A DNA stretch of 63,971 bases, counting the filler, from Barthelona sp. PAP020 (lineage: Eukaryota), in NCBI GenBank assembly GCA_040182905.1. It is 5 parts of 5 records of this genome, joined end to end, with 100 filler letters (N's around TTAATTAATTAA, not from the genome) between each part and the next. Parts side by side here need not be neighbours in the genome. Positions count along the whole stretch, not along the records: positions 27,943 to 41,672 come from JARQWU010000315.1; positions 41,773 to 55,497 come from JARQWU010000316.1; 3 more parts are not named here. The stretch is one strand, 5' to 3'. This document shows, one piece after another, positions 33,201 to 41,786 of this stretch. The position numbers and the translations under genes were made by a program. The notes under the pieces are model-generated. The model saw only the letters and a program-made list of their open reading frames with translations. It was not told where the DNA came from and did no database searches. Within the stretch, counting starts at the first letter, position 1; the number at the start of each line of letters is the position of its first letter.

Positions 33201-33268
33201 TCACCGTTATTGATAATCCTGATATTCATAATTCTAATCCAAATGGTGGTTCATGTTGTTTTCAATAG
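30242..33268 (+). CDS. RhoGEF (DH-PH) with kelch repeats and C-terminal CCFQ lipidation motif
   Basis: ELLSSEQEY and LMEPVQRVPRYRLL (DH), LFIFTDLLL (PH), FGG...LNDFW kelch repeats, and ends in GGSCCFQ*. Confidence 0.85.
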   Translation: MNKRSRVLQELLSSEQEYLSRLRIIDNIYYTPLEKSDILSKRDLIVLFADIRSILELAEEIHSLLSAIILTDFDNDTSLVAKPFLFLAPFLKCYVDYIGDFGNCLHVFTRHCQTNTKFLYFLAKQSSLPEAGDHELTSLLMEPVQRVPRYRLLFQRVLKYTDASHPDYESLQKLVKLLEDLGFYFDGRKAYNDNLSVLTSLMRRLVIEHEENTMRMKLQNRLTFAKSTNFLIKGQSGERKLLLELPLLMKINIFNASPINNLNHDQNDSVDSPKITNIVIQNNNHSDISKFEDIYLFIFTDLLLFTKVEQNERFKYIYHIKFGMDQIQKDQSDPNLEHSTQHWSYSWLQSEIKDTALFSLDEIHKKIQLLLLIHNDETEQIVECLNKVFDYQAKIKMQTSNACVIREFPFKYPFNSVNYFERVTSTTNTTTAVNSFSQSLNKYNDIVTFDDNNILSVLTFNQNKMTNDDDSNTLDCTIIKNVKQVSKEPTELSDGCLFQFHNRCYLFGGTMNKQQKFDLYRLSSDGTWVIKPYANESPKVRSRFAWCVYDENFFVFGGIDVTGNYLNDFWKLNIDTMCWKEIIQKDELKPSIRSSCGIVAIPVSSLTVNGFGELDIYVLFGECHGNLLNDCWRYSFEYNRWIELKLNNTNLSLVPRVFPIVLKCPTFPKFFIFGGKTHNGYLCDCYEFNCQLYSFRKVNLDISNIQKPLQFSLMKAHMFLNDFKILILYDEFQYVIELESPLDKYFAVELSETVQKKIKNSRRQKRQILSKLNSVDKDTYLGSDKDIRRRTPPLPPNKLRTLQNNINTHVPSSLNLNTIENAETTQVSDNLQSQSNVDFPLTSINSSSNESSTIIEERLSLPKTNTYSHPKSQVTSSKRFELPPLLSPLITNNEKRLSSFMNKQIIASEDPSKISFDIHFNLNHKDEKTKLKVSRNIDMLTFLDLLCDISFEKLILPEQIEVLDSKKLSTELFKKIMGNTFVSEVQITVIDNPDIHNSNPNGGSCCFQ

Positions 33269-33293
33269 TGTTATTAATAAAAGGAATTTTATT

Positions 33294-33630
33294 TTTCTTC
33301 TTGTACGAACCTTTTCCAGAACTTTCCCAAATTAGAGACTGGGAAATCTCAGTTGATTAATAAATAATAAACCTTAATCTTTATTCTTTTCGGGGGGTCC
33401 AGCGTTCCTGAAAGGAACCTCTCTTTTTTGAGACCTACTCTTTCATAGGCTTTCGTAGGAGAGCTACACCCTATGCGGGGTGTGAAATACTGCATTACTA
33501 ATTGCTCAAAAGAGCTTAACGCTCCGATATTTTGAAAAAATTATCCTAATTGTGTAAGTTTTCATGCATTCACCGTGGCAGGTCAAAAATTTGGGGGTAG
33601 GTAAAGGAAAAGTTCCGTACCTCGAGGGAA
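33294..33630 (+). ncRNA. Candidate ~337-nt highly structured non-coding RNA, family unidentified
   Basis: GC-enriched island between convergent genes with a long 5'/3' terminal helix and several internal helices. G-U pairs form only on the + strand (see findings). Confidence 0.6.
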
Positions 33631-33785
33631 AAAGGAAGTATCCGAAAATTTCGATTCGCCAAAAATAATAAGCTTGTGAACAACCCTCATTTATTTTTTT
33701 GCAAAAACCATCTAAATTTTTCCATTTCAAAAAAAATTTCAACAAATAAATGAAGAACAAAATTTATAAACATACGATTCATCAA

Positions 33786-36491
33786 TTACAAAGATAAAAG
33801 TGATTTAAACAGATATTTCTTTGGTTGATTCTTATGAGAGACATTATTTGGAATGGGAATTTCCAAATTATTGTTTGCAATATGATTTTGAAATGAAAAT
33901 TCGTAAAAGTTTTGTTGAAAAACTTTGAAAAAGTTTGAATTTGTTATTTTAAAATTATCTTGTTTTGAGATAAAAGGATAGGTCACATATGATGAAAATG
34001 CCAATCTATTGATACAATCCCAAACTGAATGATCAAATTGCAAAGGAAACATGAATCCTTTATGATACAACCATACTAAGAGTTTACAATCTTTCAAAGA
34101 AGTTTTACAACAGATTAGAGGATGAAAAGCAATTTTAACGTTGTTTGCTTGAAAAACAATGCCTTTTTTCTGATAGACACTTAAAATATCTAATAAATCA
34201 CAAAGAAATGATCTAGCTGTTGGTTTATGACAATCCAAATAGAAGATATAAAGATTATTAATAACTCCTTGTGTTTGAATCTCCATTTCCGCTTCCTTTG
34301 AGCTATTGTAACTTTGTAATAATTTGTCCAACATTTCGATAAAGTGTTTATCACCTTCATGTCGAATTGAAAATATTAAGAAATCAGAATTAAATGTTGT
34401 ACTTGCAACTGTCGATTGTGATTTGATTGACATCAAAGCTTTGACAATTGATGTTTTAAATTCAGATTTAATCTCCCCATTTATATCATTTCTGAAGAAA
34501 GGAAAATTTTGACAAACTGTTGATTGAAAAAGATAGTTTCTTTCGGAATAATCTTCAACGAATTGACGTATGTCATTCATTTTTTTATGGATATTTGCTA
34601 AAATAATAGTACTAACAGTAAAGAAGAAAAAATATGGAAAAAGATGATGAAAATGAAAAAATATGTCTTCAACAGGCTTATTGAAAATAGTTATCAAGAA
34701 AAGCATCGCTATAAAATCGAAAACATGCAATGTCCTATAATTTGAATATGAAGAGATTAATAGAACATGATTTATATAAAAACGGATCATACCAACGAGT
34801 ATTTGCAAAGAATTTTTCATTGTTGTCCTAAGAAGACTGAAAATCATCCAATAAAAGATGAAATGAAATCCCGCACATGATAATCGATGATCATTTAATG
34901 CAACAAAAAAAGAAATAATTGAAACAACACATACCAGGAAAAAATTGATTTCCTTACCAATTTCACAAGCATATATATTTGCAGTATTAAAAACAGAATA
35001 AACAATAAAAACTGAAAATTTGACTCTTGATGGAATTTTGTAAAAACGATATTTTTCAAATTTTTGTTGAATTTTCAAAATTTTCACAATTTTTTCTGTT
35101 TTTTGTTCATTTGGTGAACATATCGACTTTTTTTCGTCAATAAAAACACTATAAAATTTTGGTTTTGGTTTTACCCCCAGAATACCAATATAAAGTACTG
35201 AATAGTTCATATTTTTATTATTGTTAATGGATTGAATCCAAAAATTGAAATCTGAATTACATATTAAGTTCTTAATGTTTGGAAGTCCATACACTTGAAA
35301 TTTTGAATTTTTCGTTGGAAAAGTTTCTTTATTTTGCATAATATCAAGTAAAACATCTTCAAGTTCTTCTATTTGAGCACTTTTAACAAAAAAATTGAAA
35401 TTATTACCATCGAATATAATCCTTTCAATTTTACATTCATATTCACACACACATATCAAATATAACTCAAACATAGGATAATTATTGCTTAATGTAATGA
35501 ATTCAGTCTCAAGACTTAATAGAAATTTGATGAGCATTTGCAAAAAAGAACTATTTGCAAGAAATGGAGAAAAGGCTAACAAAACACTCTGAACGTTCAT
35601 ATATAATACTTCAAACTTGAAATTATCACATAACTTGACAATAATGTTGTAAAAACGAAGATAAAACTTGCTCAGTGTGCCATAATCAACCAGGTCAAAA
35701 ACTTCACTTCTAATTGATAATTGAAGTTGAAGGAGAAAAACCTCATCCTTCAAATGTTTCTTGTAACAAGGCAAATGATGGTCACCAAGTTCAATGTATG
35801 GATATACAATTTCATCTGATCGAGTGTGAAACGCTTTCTGAATGAAAATATTTAAGATTTTCAATTGTAAATAGGTGGGATATATTGATCCCAGTAAATC
35901 TCCAACAAAAACTTCATTCAAACAAATTGATTCACATAATAACGCTCTATCTCGTTTTACAATCATAGAATCAAGCATAGATGACATAAATATAACAGCT
36001 AATGGTAAATAGGGAAAATAGAACAGAATCATCCCAATGCTGTCGTCACATCTTACTCGATATGAAAGAAAATAACTTATTGTCAGAGCAGTCATAGGAA
36101 ACGATAAATAAATAATTAAATCTTGAATACTATCAGCTACATAAAAACAAACATAGATATAAATCATCACAAAACCACAACAATCACAAAATGACAAAAA
36201 TGATATATCAACAAAGAGAAATCGAATGAATAATGAAAAAGAATACATTGTCATAACTAAATAATTCATAATATAGAACTTTCTGATATTTACAAAAATT
36301 ATCAAAAAAATGCACGAAAATGTGTGAAAACCATGAAATATCATGGGATAATTCAGTTTTGTTGACGACCAATCAATAACATTGGCTAAAAATAATCCAA
36401 AACAAAATAAAAAAGAGAGAGATTTTGGTCGTTCAAAATGAGAAAAAGTCATTTCATCTTTTAACATTCGTAATTTTTTGTTTTCATTCAC
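33786..36491 (-). CDS. Multi-pass membrane protein with degenerate class III nucleotidyl-cyclase-like architecture
   Basis: Two TM bundles, each followed by a soluble region. DLLGSIYP resembles the LL-ILP helical linker. Catalytic motifs not recognisable and start uncertain. Confidence 0.4.
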   Translation of the reverse strand: MNENKKLRMLKDEMTFSHFERPKSLSFLFCFGLFLANVIDWSSTKLNYPMIFHGFHTFSCIFLIIFVNIRKFYIMNYLVMTMYSFSLFIRFLFVDISFLSFCDCCGFVMIYIYVCFYVADSIQDLIIYLSFPMTALTISYFLSYRVRCDDSIGMILFYFPYLPLAVIFMSSMLDSMIVKRDRALLCESICLNEVFVGDLLGSIYPTYLQLKILNIFIQKAFHTRSDEIVYPYIELGDHHLPCYKKHLKDEVFLLQLQLSIRSEVFDLVDYGTLSKFYLRFYNIIVKLCDNFKFEVLYMNVQSVLLAFSPFLANSSFLQMLIKFLLSLETEFITLSNNYPMFELYLICVCEYECKIERIIFDGNNFNFFVKSAQIEELEDVLLDIMQNKETFPTKNSKFQVYGLPNIKNLICNSDFNFWIQSINNNKNMNYSVLYIGILGVKPKPKFYSVFIDEKKSICSPNEQKTEKIVKILKIQQKFEKYRFYKIPSRVKFSVFIVYSVFNTANIYACEIGKEINFFLVCVVSIISFFVALNDHRLSCAGFHFIFYWMIFSLLRTTMKNSLQILVGMIRFYINHVLLISSYSNYRTLHVFDFIAMLFLITIFNKPVEDIFFHFHHLFPYFFFFTVSTIILANIHKKMNDIRQFVEDYSERNYLFQSTVCQNFPFFRNDINGEIKSEFKTSIVKALMSIKSQSTVASTTFNSDFLIFSIRHEGDKHFIEMLDKLLQSYNSSKEAEMEIQTQGVINNLYIFYLDCHKPTARSFLCDLLDILSVYQKKGIVFQANNVKIAFHPLICCKTSLKDCKLLVWLYHKGFMFPLQFDHSVWDCINRLAFSSYVTYPFISKQDNFKITNSNFFKVFQQNFYEFSFQNHIANNNLEIPIPNNVSHKNQPKKYLFKSLLSL

Positions 36492-36777
36492 AAAATTAGA
36501 AATTTTACATCACAACTGTTAATAAAATTGAAAAAAATAAAAAAAAATAACAAACAGTTGCGTTATTTCTACAGCAAAATATTAGTAACACACAATTAAT
36601 CGTTCAATTCATTGTGAGTAATGATTAAATTGGAAAATTTGAACATTAAATGAAAAAAGATAAAAAAATTTTTTCAACAATTTTTCGATTTGCATCGTTC
36701 TCCAAAATAAAGGAGCACTCAGTATTAGTTATAATGTTATACAATAAATTACAGGTCATTTTTTCTCAACAAAGAGA

Positions 36778-38238
36778 ATGAACCTTGATCCAAAGAACAA
36801 ATACTGTTTTCACCATTTTTGGTTTAATGATGAAAACATTTTTTTGACCATTTATAATCAAAGGAATTCAATTTATTATTGGAACAAACACTTGAAAACA
36901 ACAGAATTCATTTTTTTTTCTTTAGATCATGTCAATGAAATGAGTTACACCAACAAACCTTTTATAAGGGGAAAGCTTTTTCCATCATTTGAAAAGAAGG
37001 AATTTGAAATAATTGATTCAGATCATACAACTTATCGAAATGCAATTGTAAAAATTGACAAACAAACAACCCTTAAGGTTGAAATGAAAAATAGTGTTCC
37101 TTCACAAAATTATCGTACAATGATTCATTCAATACGAAGATTGTTTATAGAAAATAAAGATGTATTAACAATAGGAATAGATTTTAGAGGTTTAGTTAAG
37201 GGTGTATCATTGACAAAAACTGAAAAAGATCGATTGAGATGTATTATTGATTTCAGTGTTAATTCTTTAACCCCTCAAGTTGATCCTTTGCTTTATTCAG
37301 TTTCTTTCATTCCTGTTTTTGATGAGTTTTCAGAAGGATGGTCGACTCCATCTCTTAGGCCTGCTGTTGTTGAAGATCTTGAGTTTAATGATCTGGATTT
37401 AAATGATTTCTCTTTAGGAAATGACGTTGACAGTGATTCAGAAAGTTTATTTGATGAAACAACGTTAGCTAATCAATTTCCCAGCTTCTTTTTAAATTCA
37501 ACTGAAAATTATGCAAGCAATGGGCATGAATTGTTGATATGTCATGAATTATATGTAGTTGTTATCTCAAGATTAAGAAATCATATCAGTCAAATGGAAA
37601 GATGGTTACACTATCCAATTCCTACGATAAATCGTGATCTATCCTTTAAATACAATGAAAAGTTAGAATTAGAGGAGACTAGATGCATTGAATTCAAGCA
37701 ATTTTCCTTTTTTAGCTTGAAAACTGTTTGGATTGCCGTAAGATACATTAATGCTTATCTAAATTCCAATGGTGGTGAAATATGGATTGGTATTACTGAT
37801 GATGGTTATGTATGTGGTTCTTACATTGATGAATTTAGATCCCCTGTAGCTTCACCAAATAATTCAACAATTCAGCAAATTTTAGAAACTTTTAATTATT
37901 TCATCAATTTATTTGAACCAATTCCATCTAAAGAGCATTGGTGTGTTCAATTTTTTGAAATACAAAACACACCTTCGAATGAAAGTCGCTTTGTTGTCAA
38001 AATTAGTGTTTCTCCAGTTCCCAAAGTTTGTTTTACCATGAATGAATCCGCTGGCAAGGATTTTGCAGATTTGAGTTTGGCTTATATTAAACGCGATGCT
38101 TCAGTTATTCCAATGGAAAGCGACCTAATGAAATCAAGACGTTCAGGAATAATGACTCCAATTACTGTTTACGAAAAAAAACATGTTGATACTTTCGTTT
38201 GTCAATACAATGATGAGGAAAGTGAAGAGTTTGATTGA
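36778..38238 (+). CDS. Schlafen/AlbA_2-domain protein (SLFNL1-like), apparently two domains
   Basis: EETRCIEFK and YINAYLNSNGGEIWIGITDDGYVCG. An earlier LTIGIDFRGLVKG...DRLRCIID...SVSFIPV block resembles a second copy. Start may be 36940. Confidence 0.75.
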   Translation: MNLDPKNKYCFHHFWFNDENIFLTIYNQRNSIYYWNKHLKTTEFIFFSLDHVNEMSYTNKPFIRGKLFPSFEKKEFEIIDSDHTTYRNAIVKIDKQTTLKVEMKNSVPSQNYRTMIHSIRRLFIENKDVLTIGIDFRGLVKGVSLTKTEKDRLRCIIDFSVNSLTPQVDPLLYSVSFIPVFDEFSEGWSTPSLRPAVVEDLEFNDLDLNDFSLGNDVDSDSESLFDETTLANQFPSFFLNSTENYASNGHELLICHELYVVVISRLRNHISQMERWLHYPIPTINRDLSFKYNEKLELEETRCIEFKQFSFFSLKTVWIAVRYINAYLNSNGGEIWIGITDDGYVCGSYIDEFRSPVASPNNSTIQQILETFNYFINLFEPIPSKEHWCVQFFEIQNTPSNESRFVVKISVSPVPKVCFTMNESAGKDFADLSLAYIKRDASVIPMESDLMKSRRSGIMTPITVYEKKHVDTFVCQYNDEESEEFD

Positions 38239-38379
38239 GAGTTAATAATTTCATTTTTAACAATGCACAAAAAATGATCCTTTTATGATGAAGAAATTAC
38301 CACAGATAAGAAAATAAAAGAAAAAAATTTTGAACTTTCAAAAAAAAAAAAAAAACAAATAAATTTTTTACATTTTTTT

Positions 38380-41300
38380 TCAAATAATTTTCACTTCACC
38401 AAGTTGATTACACACCTCCACATTCAAGGGCACTGTTGAAGCAAAAGCAATTACATACTTAATAGTCCTTGTGACACCTGGGTTATCATTGTCCAAACCC
38501 AAATGCAAACCAATGGCAGTTTGGTTATTGGCTGACCAATCTAATTGCAGATGTTTCAAACCATCTGGACAATTATAAAAGAAAAACTTCTGTCCCTTTG
38601 AAATAGGAATATCAACAGGTGAACCTTTCACATAACATCCATACAAACCTGCATGAGCTGCTTCTCCTTTAACAAAATTCAAACAACAACATAATGGGGT
38701 GATATTAGTTTGACTAGATCCTTTTCTTGTAATGTAAATGGCATTCTTTTCAAGTTGAGTCCAAAAGTTGGTGGAAAACCTGTTGGGGCTAATTGTGAAC
38801 TCCAACACATATCCGTAATTTGGATTGAGTGGGAAAGCTGCAGTAATTGCTGTAAAATTCTTCAACATTAAAGAATAGGGCATCCACCAAGTACCATCAT
38901 CTTTATCCTCAGCATTTAGTAACTTTCTTGCTTTAGCTGTCCATAAACTAGACTTGTCATCAAAAGGTCCATCCCATTCTTGATAACCCCAAGGATTTCT
39001 AATCTTCACAAGAGTATGTAATTTACCATCTGAACCTCTAACGTCTGTGGCAACATCCAACAATGAAAATGCATGACCATCAACAATACCTGAAGATTTA
39101 GAAGTATCTCCTTGTCCTTTATTGGGAGAACTCAATGAAAACATCACAGAATGATTCTGTTTTGCATAGATCATCAATTGCAACAACAACTCACTCTTGT
39201 CTGAATCAATATCCTTTGTAAAAATACAATCAGCAACTGCACGTAAAAAAGCAATATAACCCAAAGAAGTAGCACCTCCATTACCAATAGCTTGATAAGA
39301 ACCATTCAACATAGCAAATGACTTTTCCAATATCCCAACCCACATTTCTTGTGAAAGTTTTGACCTGGCGTACTTCAAACCACCATAGGGTAAAACACCA
39401 TCAACAACAAAGAATTGAGGAACAAAATTGTGGTATAATTTCACAATAAAAACTCCTTTTTCAACATTACTGTAACAGATTATGTCATCAATAAGATCCT
39501 TGCCATTTGCATGACTTGCAATGGCTGCTATAGAACTAATCAAATAACAATCCCCAATTTCACCTTGTTTCACATCATTGTAATCTGGATAATCAGTGTA
39601 CAACTCAGGAGCTTTGGATTTAAAATGAGCAGGTGATAATTTACTTGGAATGACAAAATCGCGATTTACATAAAGATCATCTCCTCTTAACCTTTCATTA
39701 GCACGTTCAACTTCTGCAAGTAATGCGTTGAAACGATCAGTGCCTTCTTGTGTTAATCTGATGGAATCGAGGAAAGGACCATTCTTTCTTGAAGGCATCA
39801 CAGGTTCAGCTTCAAGGAAAGCATTGAATTGTTCTGCCAAACGTTCCAATTCTTCCCTTTCTCTTTGCTTTCTTTCTTCTTCTAATCTTTGTAATTCTTG
39901 TTGTTTTCTACGTTCTTCTTCTTCTCTAAGCTTTTGCTCTCTTTCTAATTGTTGCCTCTTTAATTCTTCTTCACGTTTGATTCTTTCTTGCTCTTTACGC
40001 TTTTGTTCTTCTTCCAATTGTCTTTGGTGTTCTCTTTCAGCGGCTTCCCTTCTTTTTCTTTCTTCTTCTTGTCTTTGAAGTGCAGCTTGCTTTTCAGCCT
40101 CAATACGTTCAGCTTCTAAACGCTGTTGTTCATCATTATTTTCTTCGGTAAGGCCTCCCATATCCATAAACATCTGCTCCAATTCTGCCAATTGTCTTCT
40201 TTCTTCCTCAAGTCTTTCAGCTTCTTCTTTTTCTTTTTGAAGACGATCTTCTTCTTCTTTTCTTTTTCTTTCTTCTTCTTGAATACGTCTCTGAGTACGA
40301 GCTTCTTTTTCAGCCGATAATTGTTCTTGATATTGTTGCCTTATGAGATTTAGTTGAGAAATTAAGAAGTCATCGTTGGTATCATATAAAGCATTGATGA
40401 TATGATTATATCGTGCATTTTCATAAGCAATGTTGGTGATATTTATCACATTAAAATCATCAGCATCCATTTTTTCATAAATATCAATTAATTTGTCTTT
40501 GTCTTCTGAACTACCTATTTGATAGAAAAATCCTTTTTGCATAAAAAATTGTTGATATTGTGAAAATTCAGGATTATTTTGAACTTTTGCTAACATTCCC
40601 AAAGAAGCAGTCCAATTTTCTTTTAATGCATCAAGATATTCATCAACAATATTATCCAATCCAAGTTTATCAATACTTTGAACTATTTGACCAAAAGATT
40701 GTTTGTGTCCTTCAATAATGGTGTTAGCAAAATCATCAAAACTTACTTTCAACTCGTTCAATTCAATTTCATAATCTTTATTGGGCTGATAATCCAATAT
40801 TTGATTCTTTGTCTTTTCTAATAGAGATTCTTCAAAACTCTCTTCCAATAAAGGAGTAAAAAAAAGAACCATAGATTTTCTCAAATAAACCTCTCTGGCA
40901 ACATTTTCGACATTAGCAACAATTGCCACTTTCTTTTCAGTGGCTTTTTGTTCATCAAAATAAACTAATTTCTCATTGAACTTTTTTTCCCTTTCTAATC
41001 TTTCTTTTTCTAATTTTTCTCTTTCCAATCTTTCATTTTCTTTCAAATTTTGTAAATCTTCTTCTCTCTTTTCTCTTTCTCTTCTTTCTCTCTCTTGTTG
41101 CAATCTCTTTTGTTCTTCTAACATCTGACGTTCTCTATCAGCAGCTTCTTCTTCAAATCGTTTGTTTAAATTATTGATTTCTGCTTGTTCTGATTTCCAT
41201 GTGTTAAAATCATCCAAAAATTCTTGTCTTTCTTCATTACTCAATAATGATAATTCTTCTTCTGTTAAGAAGATTGATTTGGATTGTAAATATGAACTTA

Positions 41301-41672
41301 ATTCAGTTAAATCAGCAACTTGCTTGCAATGTGCTTGATGAATAATCTTCAAATAACGTTCAGCAATCTCCCTACATCTAAGTTCTTGAACTTTCAATCC
41401 ATAACCAAATTTCTTGTTAAATCCATCAATATTTGAATAATTCGTCTCCAATTCTTTTTTTGATTCTGAATCAACATTTTGTTCAGCATTTGTCATGTTC
41501 ATTACTTGCAACCCATTATCATTCAAACTAACAATTTGATCTTCTTCACTTACAATGTATTTTTTTACATTTTGTAATGATAAACTATTGTTTAATCTAA
41601 ATTTCAACCTTATAGCTAAAAAGAATGCTACAACCATGAAAAAAACACCAAAACCTATTTGTGGAGTGGTTT
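38380..41672 (-). CDS. Calpain (CysPc) with long coiled-coil region and N-terminal hydrophobic segment, 5' truncated
   Basis: Catalytic triad QGEIGDCY / GHAFS / RNPWG. Frame stays open upstream of ATG 41637 to the contig end (TTPQIGFGVFFMVVAFFL). Confidence 0.9.
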
Positions 41673-41772
41673 NNNNNNNNNNNNNNNNNNNNNNNNNNNN
41701 NNNNNNNNNNNNNNNNTTAATTAATTAANNNNNNNNNNNNNNNNNNNNNNNNNNNNNNNNNNNNNNNNNNNN
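41673..41772. other. Artificial contig linker
   Basis: N run with TTAATTAATTAA. Confidence 0.98.
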
Positions 41773-41786
41773 GACAATTTAAATTT

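Noticed and set aside
33506..33760. 84-aa minus-strand ORF overlapping the structured element
   Set aside because: Non-ATG start and no protein features. The region is better explained by RNA structure.
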